64,000 nucleotides of DNA from Candidatus Latescibacterota bacterium (GCA_965248755.1 OZ252149.1:4320001-4384000); one strand, 5' to 3'. Counted from the stretch's first letter, positions 19,347 to 30,895 are shown. Program-made: numbers and translations. Notes: generated by a model from the sequence alone, not told the origin.

Positions 19347-21378
19347 CGGTATTTTTGACTTTATCAGAAATTTCTAATGTTCGCCTTCCGGCTTCTACCG
19401 TTTTAATAATTGCATCCACATCGTAGACACACCCTCCCCACGTGCCGCCGCCGATGTTCTGGAGTGCAGCCCACAGGCGCGTGTCGTCAGGAAGCATTTC
19501 GTCGGCGATAAGATCCGGACGCGGCGATCTTTCTGCCAGAATTTGGGTACCCTTTTCGACTCCGAAGGTCTCCCCTCCGTGACCGACCAGATCTACACTC
19601 CCTTTGAGGCGGTTCCGATCGATAACGATCTGGATCAGATCGCCGTCTATCACCTTTCCGATGGGGCCACCTGCCAAAGCTTCCGGGCCGATGTGTCCTA
19701 TGCAGGCGCCGGTTGAAACACCCGAGAATCGGGCATCGGTGATCAGGGCGACATGCTTGCCAAACGGAAGATACTTGAGGGCGATCGTAATCTGAAGTAC
19801 CTCCTCCATACCCGTGCCCATGGGGCCTCTGCAACAGAGTACCATAACATCTTTCGGTTTAATTCGATCTTCGCCCTGACTCTTGATAGCCCTGATCGCG
19901 TCTTTTTCACGGACAAAGACGCGCGCAGGCCCTGTTTTGCGATAGACACCGTCGTCATCGACGACGCTCGGATCGATCGCCGTGCTCTTAATCACTGAGC
20001 CTTCGGGGGCGAGGTTTCCGCGCGGGAAAGACACAGTGCTCGTAAGTCCGCGTTCTTTAGCGATTTCGGGACTCATAATCACGTCGTTCGGATCGACGCC
20101 GTCCTTTTCCAGCAGGAGGTCTCTTAGACGCTGGCGGCGTTCGGACTTTTCCCACCAATCGAGCGTTCGCCCAAGTGGTTCTCCACATGCTGTGACGACA
20201 TCTTCGTTCAAGACGCTTAAGTTTCTTATGTGCAACATCACTTCGGGAACCCCGCCGGCCAAAAAGACCTGGACAGTCGGGTGACCGACGGGACCATTTG
20301 GGAGGACATCTACAAGGCGTGGCACTTTCCGGTTGACCTCGATCCAATCTTGCACGGTGGGGCGCCGTAGTCTTGCAGCGTGAGCGATCGCGGGGATATG
20401 CAAAAGCAAATTGGTGGATCCTCCGAAAGCGGCATGGACGATGATCGCGTTACGGATGGCTTCATCCGTAATGATCTTTTGCATAGTTATCCCCTTGTCC
20501 TCCAGATTCACAAGGGCGCGGGCGGATCGTTTTGCCATATCGAGCCAGATCGGCTGTCCTGAAGGGGAGAGAGCAGCGTGGGGGAGCGTGATCCCCAAAG
20601 CTTCTGCGACGACTTGTGAGGTGGCGGCTGTCCCCAGAAATTGGCATCCTCCACCCGGGCTTGCGCAGGCTTTACAGCCAAGATCGGCGGCGTCCTGCAG
20701 GGATATCTCCCCGTGCGCGAAACGCGCCCCGATCGATTGGATCTTAGCCGTATTCTCGCCTTCTGCCGTAGGCAGCGCCACACCTCCAGGGACTAATATG
20801 CACGGTAAATCGCACATTGCAGAAAGTGCCATCATTGCTGCTGGCAGTCCCTTATCGCAGGTTGCCACTGCCATCACGCCTTTGCGCCTTGGAAGCGACC
20901 GAATAAGGCGGCGGAATATCTGTGCGGCGTCGTTGCGATATGCAAGGCTGTCCATCATTCCGACTGTGCCCATCGTGCGCCCGTCGCACGGATCTGAACA
21001 GTAACCCGCAAATGGAATCGTGCCGAGCGCTTTGAACTCGTGCGCAGCCTCCTGCATTAGTAGCCCCACTTCCCAATGCCCCGTATGATAACCGAGAGCA
21101 ATCGGAGTGCCGTCTGGCGCGCGGATTCCCCCCTGGGTGCTCAAGATTAAGAACTCTTTACGATTAAGCTCATCGGGCGCCCACCCCATTCCTGCGTTGT
21201 GGCTCAAAGCGAAAACATCGCCGCTGGACCAGTTGAGCAGCATGTCCTCCGTAAGAGGCAAACTCCCCTGGGGACCAGGCGAGTTGGTCTCTACATCATA
21301 GATAGCAGAATCTTCAAATCCAAGTATCTCGTCCAGAACTATCGTCCGACTAAGTTCGTTTTTCCTGGTAGATGCCAT
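19318..21378 (-). CDS. YjhG/YagF-family D-xylonate dehydratase (IlvD/Edd family)
   Basis: [52 protein letters not shown]. Confidence 0.9.
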   Translation of the reverse strand: MASTRKNELSRTIVLDEILGFEDSAIYDVETNSPGPQGSLPLTEDMLLNWSSGDVFALSHNAGMGWAPDELNRKEFLILSTQGGIRAPDGTPIALGYHTGHWEVGLLMQEAAHEFKALGTIPFAGYCSDPCDGRTMGTVGMMDSLAYRNDAAQIFRRLIRSLPRRKGVMAVATCDKGLPAAMMALSAMCDLPCILVPGGVALPTAEGENTAKIQSIGARFAHGEISLQDAADLGCKACASPGGGCQFLGTAATSQVVAEALGITLPHAALSPSGQPIWLDMAKRSARALVNLEDKGITMQKIITDEAIRNAIIVHAAFGGSTNLLLHIPAIAHAARLRRPTVQDWIEVNRKVPRLVDVLPNGPVGHPTVQVFLAGGVPEVMLHIRNLSVLNEDVVTACGEPLGRTLDWWEKSERRQRLRDLLLEKDGVDPNDVIMSPEIAKERGLTSTVSFPRGNLAPEGSVIKSTAIDPSVVDDDGVYRKTGPARVFVREKDAIRAIKSQGEDRIKPKDVMVLCCRGPMGTGMEEVLQITIALKYLPFGKHVALITDARFSGVSTGACIGHIGPEALAGGPIGKVIDGDLIQIVIDRNRLKGSVDLVGHGGETFGVEKGTQILAERSPRPDLIADEMLPDDTRLWAALQNIGGGTWGGCVYDVDAIIKTVEAGRRTLEISDKVKNTVGGDEIYQA

Positions 21379-21398
21379 GTGGTTTCTCCCAACGAGAT

Positions 21399-22349
21399 TT
21401 ATCTTTTAACAATCTTATAATTCTTGAAACCTCCGATCTGTCTTCCACCCAAAAGTTTTTGCTCGATGTAAGTCAATAGCCTGTATCTAATTTTTTCATG
21501 TTTATACTTTTCCCTATTTGGATTCAGTCTACCTGTATATTGAAGTCTATCCTGCCAATAAAATTCGTCAATGCGATCCTTCATAACTTTAGGATGAGTT
21601 CCAGTAAACTCCTGTAATAAATCTAATGGCCCATAATCAAATGCCCCTTGAGCATTCTTATAAATTTGATTAGCCTTGTGCAGCCCCTTGTGAATTATAT
21701 CTAATGCCCGTCTTTTGGTCTGCATGTATTCCGGCGGTCTTACCCAGCCGTAATGATAAATAGCTGCATCAACCCTGGCAACTTTGAGTTTGTATGTACC
21801 CTGTTTCTGTCTGTAACTTTTCCCATCAAAATCTGAAATCCTTCTGAAAGATTGTGCCGACTGCCACGAATGAATATCATCATTATTTCTAATAATTCTA
21901 ATCTCGTAAGGATACCATCTATGTGAAATATGATAATGGTTGTAGTCCCCCCAGAAATGTTTGTATTTAAAGAGTAGGCCCTCTACTTCTTTATGGTCTA
22001 TTAATGCTGCACATCTCCTTTTTATGATGGGCAAATATTTTTCGTGTACAACTTCATCTGCTTGTAAATAGAAGAGCCATTCACCAGTACATTGGCCTTT
22101 TGCAATATCTGTCTGGTGGGCATTTTCCATTCCGTCAGGATATGCTTCAATATCCCATATTGTATTGATTATTTTAATCTTATCTGAATCTATGCTTTCT
22201 ATTTCTTCTCTCGTATGATCATCTTCATCACAGTTACCTAAAGCGACAATGAACTCATCCACAATCGGCAAAACAGATAGTATAGATTGCTTGACAGGAT
22301 AGTATAATTTGGTGGCATTTTTGATCATAGTAAAGCCGCTAATCTTCAT
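21399..22349 (-). CDS. Glycosyltransferase family 2-like protein (AT-rich gene)
   Basis: [31 protein letters not shown]. Confidence 0.8.
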   Translation of the reverse strand: MKISGFTMIKNATKLYYPVKQSILSVLPIVDEFIVALGNCDEDDHTREEIESIDSDKIKIINTIWDIEAYPDGMENAHQTDIAKGQCTGEWLFYLQADEVVHEKYLPIIKRRCAALIDHKEVEGLLFKYKHFWGDYNHYHISHRWYPYEIRIIRNNDDIHSWQSAQSFRRISDFDGKSYRQKQGTYKLKVARVDAAIYHYGWVRPPEYMQTKRRALDIIHKGLHKANQIYKNAQGAFDYGPLDLLQEFTGTHPKVMKDRIDEFYWQDRLQYTGRLNPNREKYKHEKIRYRLLTYIEQKLLGGRQIGGFKNYKIVKR

Positions 22350-22647
22350 AAGAACCTCTACAAGGTTACCGAGCCGGCAGCCTTACATTGGATAGTTGCG
22401 AACAGAATAGACCAAAGATATACTCAAAACATCAGAATATCAAAGATTACACAACACTCTGATATTATAAGGAAAAATCCCCGTGTGATCAAGATAAAAA
22501 TTTGCTTGACTTTTGATATAAGCTTGCTTAATTTCCGTCGTGATCCTTGTTCTCAATCACAAGGGTATTGACAGGGGTCTATTCTCATGTTTAAAATAAT
22601 ACGTTGACAATTGAACGATATTTTATCATATTTCCTTAACAAAATCT

Positions 22648-23637
22648 ATGAAAGATGTCGCGCTCAAACGATTGGATGAACTCTTAGATAGCTTCTCATC
22701 TCTCAAGATCCTCGTCTTGGGGGATCTTATGCTCGACGAATACCTGTGGGGGAGGGTCGGCCGGATTTCGCCTGAAGCTCCTGTGCCTGTTGTAGAGGTA
22801 GATTCAGAATCCATAAGGCTCGGGGGGGCCTCCAATGTAGTCAACAACGTCAGTTCCCTTGGCGCAATCGCCATTCCTGTGGGAGTCGTAGGAGAGGACA
22901 GCGCGGGGGAACGACTGATAGAGGAGCATGAGAAAGCGGGTTTCACTACTGCTGGGATAATAAAGGATCCATTCAGAAAGACCACGGTCAAGACCCGTGT
23001 AATAGCCCACAGTCAGCACGTTGTCAGGGCCGACATAGAAAGCACTGATCCTGTAGATGGCAAGGTATCAAACAGAATAATTAAATTTATTGAGGAAGCA
23101 ATTGATGATATAGATGCAGTTCTCTTTGAGGACTACAACAAAGGCGTTATCACCAGAGACGTCTTATCTCAAACTATACAGCTTACTAAAAGCAGAGGAA
23201 AACTTACCGCCGCAGATCCCAAATTCGACAATTTCTTCGAATTTAAAGAGGTGACTCTCTTTAAGCCCAATAAAAAGGAGGTTGAAGACGCGCTGGGAAT
23301 CAGGCTCGGTTCAAACGAAGATGCTGTACAGGCCGGACTGGAACTTCAAAGGCGTCTCAAGTGTAAAAACGTTGTGCTGACAAGAGGCGCAGAAGGCATG
23401 TCTATCTTCGAAAAGGACAAAAAGGTATCTCATATTGAAACTCTCGCCAGGGAAGTCTATGACCATTCGGGAGCGGGCGATACGGTGATAAGTGCTCTTA
23501 CAGTAGCTTTAGCCGCCGGATCAGACCTTAAAGAGGCCGCCATTCTGGCAAACCACGCCGCGGGGGTCGTCATCTCTGAAATAGGGATCGTCCCTGCATC
23601 GCGTGAAAATATCAGAAAGTCATTTATGAACAATTAG
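22648..23637 (+). CDS. rfaE1: D-glycero-beta-D-manno-heptose-7-phosphate kinase
   Basis: GDLMLDEY, RISPEAPVPV, KTRVIA, DYNKG, GAGDT. Confidence 0.92.
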   Translation: MKDVALKRLDELLDSFSSLKILVLGDLMLDEYLWGRVGRISPEAPVPVVEVDSESIRLGGASNVVNNVSSLGAIAIPVGVVGEDSAGERLIEEHEKAGFTTAGIIKDPFRKTTVKTRVIAHSQHVVRADIESTDPVDGKVSNRIIKFIEEAIDDIDAVLFEDYNKGVITRDVLSQTIQLTKSRGKLTAADPKFDNFFEFKEVTLFKPNKKEVEDALGIRLGSNEDAVQAGLELQRRLKCKNVVLTRGAEGMSIFEKDKKVSHIETLAREVYDHSGAGDTVISALTVALAAGSDLKEAAILANHAAGVVISEIGIVPASRENIRKSFMNN

Positions 23638-23648
23638 CGGATAGGAAC

Positions 23649-24122
23649 TTGGGAAGAATAGTATCACTTCAGGAGCTGATCGCCATTAGGAAACAGCTCA
23701 AAAAGGAGGGTAAGAAAGTAGTCTTCACCAACGGCTGTTTCGACCTTATACACAGAGGGCACGTTGAGTACCTCAAGCAGTCAAAAGAAAGGTCGGATGT
23801 CCTAATAGTAGGTTTGAACACTGACGATTCCGTCAGGCGACTCAAAGGGAAGGGGAGACCCATCCTTCCCTTGGAGGACAGGGCTTCCGTCCTTGCGGCA
23901 TTGGAGGTTGTAGATTACGTGTCCGTCTTTGGGGAGGACACACCCTTACAGATGATCAAAAAGATACTACCGGATATCCTCGTCAAAGGAGGCGACTACA
24001 CCGCAGATCAAATAGTGGGCAAAGAGGTTGTTGAGGAATCCGGTGGACAGGTGTTGACTGTAGATTTGATAGCGGCTCTATCCACGACGGATATTATCCA
24101 GAAGACTAAGGGCAAGATTTAA
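23649..24122 (+). CDS. rfaE2: D-glycero-beta-D-manno-heptose-1-phosphate adenylyltransferase
   Basis: FTNGCFDLIHRGH, SVRRLKG-GRP, LVKGGDY. Confidence 0.93.
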   Translation: MGRIVSLQELIAIRKQLKKEGKKVVFTNGCFDLIHRGHVEYLKQSKERSDVLIVGLNTDDSVRRLKGKGRPILPLEDRASVLAALEVVDYVSVFGEDTPLQMIKKILPDILVKGGDYTADQIVGKEVVEESGGQVLTVDLIAALSTTDIIQKTKGKI

Positions 24123-24174
24123 AGCCTCACATCATCCTAAATATCTAGCCGTCCCTTAATGGGAGTGTTTAAAG

Positions 24175-26007
24175 ATGGCTAAAAGCAAGATACCCGCACT
24201 TGAAAAGATAATCAAGAAGAACCCCAACTCAATCGTCTTCGCCCGCCTGGCGCAGAGCTACTTGGACAAGGGGGATCCGGATGCGGCTCTTCAAATATGT
24301 CAGGAGGGACTGAGCCTCTACCCTGACTATGCCACTGCTCATATAGTCAGGGGAAGATGCTACATGGCGTCTGGAGACAGAGACAATTCCAGAAGAGCCT
24401 TCAAAAAGGCTTTGCGCTACGATCCCCAGAGTCTGCCTGCCTTGGAAGGACTGGCTGATGTCAACCGAGATGAGGGCTCTGACAGATTAGTGTTGAGCAA
24501 CCTGAAGAGGTCCTTGAACCTGGATCCGCTTGACCCTAACCTCAAAGAAGAGGTAGCAGCTCTCTCGGAGGCCGTTGAAGCACAAGTGTCGACGACTGTG
24601 ACTGAGATTCCTCCTGCTCCCGAAGAAGCTCCTTCTTCCGATCAAGTTGGGGTAGAAGAACCCGTCGGTGCAGCTCCAGAGCCCTCCGGAGAAGCTGTGG
24701 ACGTGGACGATGAGATGAACGCTATACTGTCTGCGGCAGGTATCTCCTTAGACGAAGAGAAGGAGGAAATTCCTGAGGCTGAAACGGCTGTTTTGGAAGA
24801 AGAAACGTCGGAGCAGCTGGCAGATATCCTTGAAACTGCCGGGGAACCTGCGGAAGCCGCGCCTGACACTGCTGAAGAATCAAGGGAAACTCCGGGTGAC
24901 ATATTGATGGAGCTGGAAGAGGTAGAAAGCCAGGTCACTCAAGAGGAGGAACCGATGCCGGGAGTCACTGACACCGTTGAGACTCCGGCTCTGGAGGAAG
25001 AACCACAGGAAGAAGCTCTTGGCGATACGGAGACATCAGTTGAGGAGGCTCCTACTGTTGAAGTAGAGGGGACAGAAGAGGAGGCCCCCTCTGAGACGTC
25101 AGAGATAGAGGATTTCCTTGCTGGGATGGATACAGAGGCGCATGAGACAGAAGTTGAGGCCGCTCCTTCTGTTGAGGCAGAAGAGGGAGTTGCTGCTGAG
25201 ACATCAGACGTGGAGGATTTGCTCGCTGGGACGATTGCGGAGACTCAGGATACAGAAGTTGAAGAGGAGACTCCTTCTGTGGAGGTAGAGGGGACACCGC
25301 AGGAATCCCTCCCTGAGACATCAGAGATAGAGGATTTGCTCGCTGGGATGGATACAGAGTCTCGAGAGACAGAAGTTGAGGCGGTACCTTCTGTTGAGGC
25401 AGAAGAGGGAGTTCCTGCTGAGACATCAGACGTGGAGGATTTGCTCGCTGGGGTAGATACAGAGTCTCAGGAGGAAGAAGTTGAGGAGGCTTCTTCTTCT
25501 GAGGCAGAAGAGCGAGTTCCTGATAAGGCACCAGACGTGGAAGATTTCCTGGCTCAGATACAAGCAGAGTCTCAAGAGACACAAGGTGAGGAGGAGACTC
25601 CTTCTGTTGAGACAGCGGGGACAGAAGAGGAGGCCCCCGCTCAGACATCGGAGATAGAGGACTTTCTGGCTCAGATACAAGCAGAGTCTCAAGAGACAGA
25701 AGGTGAGGAGGAAGCTCCTTCCTCTGAGACTTCAAGCATAGAAACTGAGCCTGCTGAGGATGTAGCTTCGGATGTGACCGAAACAGCGCAAAGGCCTGCT
25801 ATACCAGGGGAGGAAGATAGCGGTGACGACTATGATGAAATAGCCACTGCTACTTTAGCTGATGTATATGCCGATCAGGGTTTCTTCGATGAAGCCATAG
25901 AGATTTACGAAAAGCTCTTGGAAGAAATTCCGGACAATGAGGAGGTAAAGAGCAAAATAGAAGAACTCAAAAAAAAGAAAGCTGATCAGGAAGGACAGGG
26001 AGAATAG
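24175..26007 (+). CDS. TPR protein with a long acidic repetitive linker
   Basis: N-terminal TPRs (FARLAQSY, YPDYATAH), Glu-rich repeats TS(E/D)(I/V)ED(F/L)LA, C-terminal ATATLADVYADQG TPR. Confidence 0.85.
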   Translation: MAKSKIPALEKIIKKNPNSIVFARLAQSYLDKGDPDAALQICQEGLSLYPDYATAHIVRGRCYMASGDRDNSRRAFKKALRYDPQSLPALEGLADVNRDEGSDRLVLSNLKRSLNLDPLDPNLKEEVAALSEAVEAQVSTTVTEIPPAPEEAPSSDQVGVEEPVGAAPEPSGEAVDVDDEMNAILSAAGISLDEEKEEIPEAETAVLEEETSEQLADILETAGEPAEAAPDTAEESRETPGDILMELEEVESQVTQEEEPMPGVTDTVETPALEEEPQEEALGDTETSVEEAPTVEVEGTEEEAPSETSEIEDFLAGMDTEAHETEVEAAPSVEAEEGVAAETSDVEDLLAGTIAETQDTEVEEETPSVEVEGTPQESLPETSEIEDLLAGMDTESRETEVEAVPSVEAEEGVPAETSDVEDLLAGVDTESQEEEVEEASSSEAEERVPDKAPDVEDFLAQIQAESQETQGEEETPSVETAGTEEEAPAQTSEIEDFLAQIQAESQETEGEEEAPSSETSSIETEPAEDVASDVTETAQRPAIPGEEDSGDDYDEIATATLADVYADQGFFDEAIEIYEKLLEEIPDNEEVKSKIEELKKKKADQEGQGE

Positions 26008-26013
26008 GGGGAT

Positions 26014-26571
26014 ATGGCGACAACAGCGGACTTCAGGAACGGAATGGTGATAAATCAGGACAAAGAACTCTATTTGATAAACTACTTTCAGCATGTAAAG
26101 CCCGGGAAAGGCGGAGCGTTCGTCAGGACAAAGCTCAAGAACGTTAAAACTGGAGCCATCAGAGACAAGACCTTTCGCGCTGGGGAGAAAGTTAAAGAGG
26201 TCAGGCTCGAAAAAAGAGAAATGCAGTATCTATACAAAGATGGCCAAACCTACTACTTGATGGACAGCGAGACCTTCGAACAGTATCCTATCTCAGAGAA
26301 TCTGATCGCTGACGCCGCCAGATTCTTGAAGGAAAACGAGAAGGTCTTCGTCCTTATGGATAATGATGTTCCCATCACATTCGAGCTTCCGTTCTTTGTA
26401 GAGATAAAAGTGGTCGATACCGATCCTGGAATAAGAGGAGATACCGCCACAGGTGGGACAAAGCCTGCGACTTTGGAGACGGGAGCTGTAGTGCAGGTGC
26501 CACTTTTCGTAAATATCGGGGACACTGTAAAGATCGATACAAGGACAGGGGAATATATAGAAAGAGTCTGA
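26014..26571 (+). CDS. efp: Elongation factor P
   Basis: HVKPGKGGAFVR, PGIRGDTATGG-KPA-LETG. Confidence 0.97.
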   Translation: MATTADFRNGMVINQDKELYLINYFQHVKPGKGGAFVRTKLKNVKTGAIRDKTFRAGEKVKEVRLEKREMQYLYKDGQTYYLMDSETFEQYPISENLIADAARFLKENEKVFVLMDNDVPITFELPFFVEIKVVDTDPGIRGDTATGGTKPATLETGAVVQVPLFVNIGDTVKIDTRTGEYIERV

Positions 26572-26644
26572 TAAACAGTGAAGGTAGTCGGTAGACAGGG
26601 AACTGCCTCCCGCCTCTGTTTGCTGTCTACTCCAAGGGGGGGCA

Positions 26645-27109
26645 TTGAGCATATCTGGAATCAGGAGGTTTATAGAGAAACTTATAGAAATTATCGAGGA
26701 AAACAACCTCGATGAAATAGAGGTATCTCGATGGTGGGGTCTGACGAAAATCAAAGTTGTAAGGCGTAGTTTTTCTACCTCTGTGCCTGTCCAAAAGAAG
26801 GCCGAGTCCCAGGTTGAAGTACTTGAACCGGTTGAAGAGGTTCCCGAAGAAACTGTCCCCCATGGTCTCTATGAGATCAGGTCACCTATGGTCGGAACTT
26901 TTTATCACTCACCTTCTCCCGGTGCAGAGCCGTACGTCAAAGAGAAAGATATGGTCTCTCCAGGTCAGATAGTCTGTATCATAGAGGCTATGAAGATAAT
27001 GAACCCAATAGAATCCGACGTCAAAGGGGAGATAGTTGAAATCCTCGTTGAGAACGCCCAGCCTGTGGAATTTCACCAAAGACTTTTCCTGATAAGACCT
27101 ACTGCTTGA
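26645..27109 (+). CDS. accB: Biotin carboxyl carrier protein
   Basis: SPMVGTFY, EAMK biotinylation motif. Confidence 0.95.
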   Translation: MSISGIRRFIEKLIEIIEENNLDEIEVSRWWGLTKIKVVRRSFSTSVPVQKKAESQVEVLEPVEEVPEETVPHGLYEIRSPMVGTFYHSPSPGAEPYVKEKDMVSPGQIVCIIEAMKIMNPIESDVKGEIVEILVENAQPVEFHQRLFLIRPTA

Positions 27110-27214
27110 AAAGATCAGAAAGTGGCAGGGACAAAGTCGCGCACGTATTAAGGGCTTTCAACAATTAGGAGCCGTCTTACCCCCACTACCGTAGCAAATA
27201 AAGAGAGCGGAATA

Positions 27215-28570
27215 TTGTTTAGCAAGATTCTGGTAGCAGACAGAGGCGAGATAGCGCTCAGAGTGATAAGGGCCTGCAAGGAGTTAGGAATAGACACAGT
27301 AGCCGTTCACTCAGAAGCTGATGCTAACTCACTGCACGTAAAGTTTGCCGACGAAGACGTATGCATAGGTCCCGCCAAAGGTGAAAAGAGCTACCGGAAT
27401 ATAACTAATATCATAAGCGCAGCGGAGATCACAAATGCAGATGCTATCCATCCGGGATACGGTCCTTTAGCTGAAAATAGCCACTTTGCAGAGGTATGTC
27501 AATCTTGTGGGATAAAGTTCATTGGGCCGACCCCTGAGACGATAAGCAAAATGGGTGATAAGGCACTTGCTAGACGATTCATGAAGAAGATAGAAGTGCC
27601 CGTAATCCCCGGTAGTGAAGGGCCTCTAGAAAATCTGGATATGGCGATACAGGAGGCAAGACAGATCGGATATCCTGTGATGCTCAAAGCCGTGGCGGGG
27701 GGAGGAGGGCGTGGGATGAGATTGGCCAGAGACGAAGAAGAACTCAAGCGCGAATGGCACCTGGTAAAATACGAAGCCCAAGCCGTTTTCTCTAATTCGG
27801 ACATCTATCTGGAAAAATACCTGGAGATGCCCAGGCATATCGAGATTCAGGTTCTCGGCGACGAATATGGTAATATAGTCCGCTTCCCAGAAAGGGAGTG
27901 CTCCATACAAAGGAGACATCAAAAGCTCATAGAGGAATCGCCCTCTGTTGCAGTCAACCCGTCCCTGCGTCAAAAGATAGGTGGTGCTGCTCTATCTGCC
28001 GCCCAAGCTTTGAACTATTGTAGCGCCGGAACGATAGAGTTTCTCCTCGACAGAGAAAGGAAATTCTACTTTATTGAGATGAACACCCGAATACAGGTCG
28101 AACATCCCGTCACCGAGATGGTATGTGGAATCGACATTGTCAAGGAACAGATAAAGATAGCCCAGGGCGAAAGATTAAGTGTGGAGCAAAACGACATTTC
28201 CCTATCTGGATGGGCTATTGAATGTCGCCTGAACGCTGAAGATCCCTTCAGAAACTTCATGCCCACTCCTGGAACTATCCAGAATCTGAATCTGCCCGGC
28301 GGTCCAGGAATAAGGGTGGATACGCACATATATGCTGGATACAAAATTTCTCCATACTACGATTCACTACTTGCCAAAGTGATCGCCCACGGCAAGGATC
28401 GTGACGAAGCCATCTTGAGAATGAAGAGATGCCTCGAAGAGACTGTTATAGACGGAGTTACAACCACAGTCCCCTTCCATCTTAGGGTCTTAAACAACCC
28501 CAACTTTAGAGAGGGGAAGATCTACGTGGAAAGCGCTATCAGCTATTTATCGTTCGACAGCAAACAGTAG
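27215..28570 (+). CDS. accC: Biotin carboxylase
   Basis: [37 protein letters not shown]. Confidence 0.95.
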   Translation: MFSKILVADRGEIALRVIRACKELGIDTVAVHSEADANSLHVKFADEDVCIGPAKGEKSYRNITNIISAAEITNADAIHPGYGPLAENSHFAEVCQSCGIKFIGPTPETISKMGDKALARRFMKKIEVPVIPGSEGPLENLDMAIQEARQIGYPVMLKAVAGGGGRGMRLARDEEELKREWHLVKYEAQAVFSNSDIYLEKYLEMPRHIEIQVLGDEYGNIVRFPERECSIQRRHQKLIEESPSVAVNPSLRQKIGGAALSAAQALNYCSAGTIEFLLDRERKFYFIEMNTRIQVEHPVTEMVCGIDIVKEQIKIAQGERLSVEQNDISLSGWAIECRLNAEDPFRNFMPTPGTIQNLNLPGGPGIRVDTHIYAGYKISPYYDSLLAKVIAHGKDRDEAILRMKRCLEETVIDGVTTTVPFHLRVLNNPNFREGKIYVESAISYLSFDSKQ

Positions 28571-28598
28571 AAAGGGGAAGCGCTTCCCGTTCTACTGT
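28564..28598 (+). terminator. Hairpin at the accC stop built from heptamer arms (possible terminator or stabiliser)
   Basis: acagtagaa-aggggaagcgcttccc-g-ttctactgt; no clear U-tract. Confidence 0.35.
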
Positions 28599-28633
28599 CT
28601 ACCGAGTACTGGCTACTATCTTTTGGGGTACTT

Positions 28634-29020
28634 ATGGCTCAGGTGCCTAAACATCTGCTCTATACCCACGAACACGAATGGATCCTTCAAGAAGGAGACA
28701 TTGGAACCGTAGGCATAACCGACTACGCTCAAAGTGAACTAAGCGACATAGTGTTTGTGGAACTGCCACAGGTCCAAGATAGAATAAAACAGGGAGAATC
28801 CTTCGGAACCATCGAAGCTGTTAAGACAGTCGCAGACCTTTATGCTCCCGCATCAGGAGAGGTCATCCAAGTCAACGAAACTCTGGAGGGAGACGCCGGA
28901 GCGGTGAACACAGATCCTTATGGCTCGGGATGGATGATCAAAATTCGCATAGAGGATCCATCAGAACTTGAAAACGTTATGTCTGCAGATACATATCAAG
29001 ACATGATCGATAGAATGTGA
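28634..29020 (+). CDS. gcvH: Glycine cleavage system H protein
   Basis: HEW, GITDYAQ, EAVK lipoyl-Lys, DPYG-GW. Confidence 0.95.
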   Translation: MAQVPKHLLYTHEHEWILQEGDIGTVGITDYAQSELSDIVFVELPQVQDRIKQGESFGTIEAVKTVADLYAPASGEVIQVNETLEGDAGAVNTDPYGSGWMIKIRIEDPSELENVMSADTYQDMIDRM

Positions 29021-29041
29021 AAGCTGTACAGACTCTACGGT

Positions 29042-30895
29042 TTGAAGATACTCATTTTGATGAAGATATTCCCCCTGATCTTTCTATCCGTCTTTCTCCT
29101 TTCCGTGCAGACAGCTCCCTCTCAAAATCCGCCCGTTAATGGAAGGTCCATTGCCAGACGCGATTCTGTTGTGACCCAAGCTTATAGTTTGAATGAACTC
29201 CTCTCTAAAAGAGATGAACTTATGAGCCGTGATATTCTCACAACCCTCGTCAAGGCTCAAAGGATAGATGCAACGGACCTTGCCGATCTTCTCAAATACA
29301 CACCCGACGTAGATATAGTTGAAAGGGGGACCTGGGGGAGACTGCGCACAGCAGACATAGGGGGGTTAATTGGCGGAGGAGTCAGAGTGTTTACCAACGG
29401 CCGGGAGGAAATTCCAACCGACTATCGCGGTTTTGACCTCAATTTGCTCCCCCTCGGAGGAGTGGAAAGTATTCTCATCGATCCGATATTCGGAACTATT
29501 CGCATCCGGACGATATTGTCTCACAAAGGGCCACCGATCACTCGAGGCTGGGCGCAATTTGGGGGAGATCGAGTCAACACTGCGGGAGTTGAATTCTCCA
29601 AGCTGATGTCTCCAAGTACAGGCGTTTATCTCTTAGGCGACTTTGGAAACAGGGAAAGTGCAATCGATTTTCGAAAGAGGGTCATCACGGGCGGGATATT
29701 CAGAGACTCAAAAAGATGGAGACTTTCATCTTCCATTTCAACCTACAAAGGGGAAGGTGATCCCACTGCTCCCCAAAGTGTATTTCCCGTGGCGGAAAAA
29801 CAGGATGAACGCGTCTCGCTCAGCGTACAGGCCGATGTATCACCTCGGGGGAATGTAATTCTTTCTTCAGGCGCGTTCATAGATCGCCTCGATCGCGAAC
29901 TATCCGGGCTGCTCCTCCCGAGAGAGGACAACGTAGTTAGAGCATCATTCAAGGCCTCACTGATTTGGGAGAAGTATCTGATAGACGTTGAGTTTTTATC
30001 CCGAAGACGATCTATCGAGGATCAAAATGAGGGTCAAAAGACAGATTATGAGGAGAATACTAGTGAAGCTAGGCTCAACGCACTGGTATCCTTCTACAAA
30101 GACATAGATGTCCGATTATCTGGTTCGATAAGGCACCGTACAGCGTTCGACCTCCGAGCCGACGCCGGACTTGGTCTCAACTACCGTCTTCGAGATGGCA
30201 TCAAATTTGCCGTATCCTTTCAAAGACTATCCCGCGAGCCAGAGTTTGACGAACTGAAATGGCAAAGATACGAAATAGCCCTTCCTCCTCAATCTGCAGA
30301 ACTGAATAGGGAAAGCCACATCGTCTCAACCATCAAGACAGCGCTGGATTTCTCTAGTTGGTCTTTATTTCTGGCATTTTCCGACAGACGCTCTGAAAAC
30401 CTCATAGAACTTTCAGATGCTCTACTCCTGTCTAATTTGCCCAGCGCCCGCATATCCAGATTCACTGCACAGCTTTGCATTTATCCCATCCACAACGTCT
30501 TTGCACAGTTAAACTACCTCTTTGTAGATGGCAAGAATCGTCAGACCGAAGGGGACCTTCTCCATCGTCCCCAAAGCCGTATCAAGGCTCTTATAGAGTG
30601 GAAAGATAGAATCTATCGTGAAAAGGTCGGACTCGGATTCCTCTTTGGGATAAGATATAGAGACACAAGCTCGGACTACGATCCTCTCTCGGACTACGAT
30701 CCTCTCATAGTTGGAACTCCCGCAGTTCTGGGAAGGGGCACATTAATGGAAATCAGAGGCACCTTAAGCCTTTTGCGGCTTACAGCTACATTTACGTTAG
30801 ATTATTTGCTTGACGTCAATCAGTTTATCCGGTTTCGCCACTTCCAACAAAAGAGGTCCTTTCGCTGGGGTGTATACTGGGAGCTTCTAAATTAG
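29042..30895 (+). CDS. TonB-dependent receptor-like outer-membrane protein
   Basis: Signal peptide, plug-like DLADLLKYTPDV...DLNLLPLGGVESI, amphipathic strands, C-terminal FRWGVYWELLN. Confidence 0.65.
   Translation: MKILILMKIFPLIFLSVFLLSVQTAPSQNPPVNGRSIARRDSVVTQAYSLNELLSKRDELMSRDILTTLVKAQRIDATDLADLLKYTPDVDIVERGTWGRLRTADIGGLIGGGVRVFTNGREEIPTDYRGFDLNLLPLGGVESILIDPIFGTIRIRTILSHKGPPITRGWAQFGGDRVNTAGVEFSKLMSPSTGVYLLGDFGNRESAIDFRKRVITGGIFRDSKRWRLSSSISTYKGEGDPTAPQSVFPVAEKQDERVSLSVQADVSPRGNVILSSGAFIDRLDRELSGLLLPREDNVVRASFKASLIWEKYLIDVEFLSRRRSIEDQNEGQKTDYEENTSEARLNALVSFYKDIDVRLSGSIRHRTAFDLRADAGLGLNYRLRDGIKFAVSFQRLSREPEFDELKWQRYEIALPPQSAELNRESHIVSTIKTALDFSSWSLFLAFSDRRSENLIELSDALLLSNLPSARISRFTAQLCIYPIHNVFAQLNYLFVDGKNRQTEGDLLHRPQSRIKALIEWKDRIYREKVGLGFLFGIRYRDTSSDYDPLSDYDPLIVGTPAVLGRGTLMEIRGTLSLLRLTATFTLDYLLDVNQFIRFRHFQQKRSFRWGVYWELLN

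Noticed and set aside
25052..25735. 227-aa Pro/Leu/Gln-rich minus-strand ORF
   Set aside because: Antisense shadow of the acidic repeats in the TPR gene
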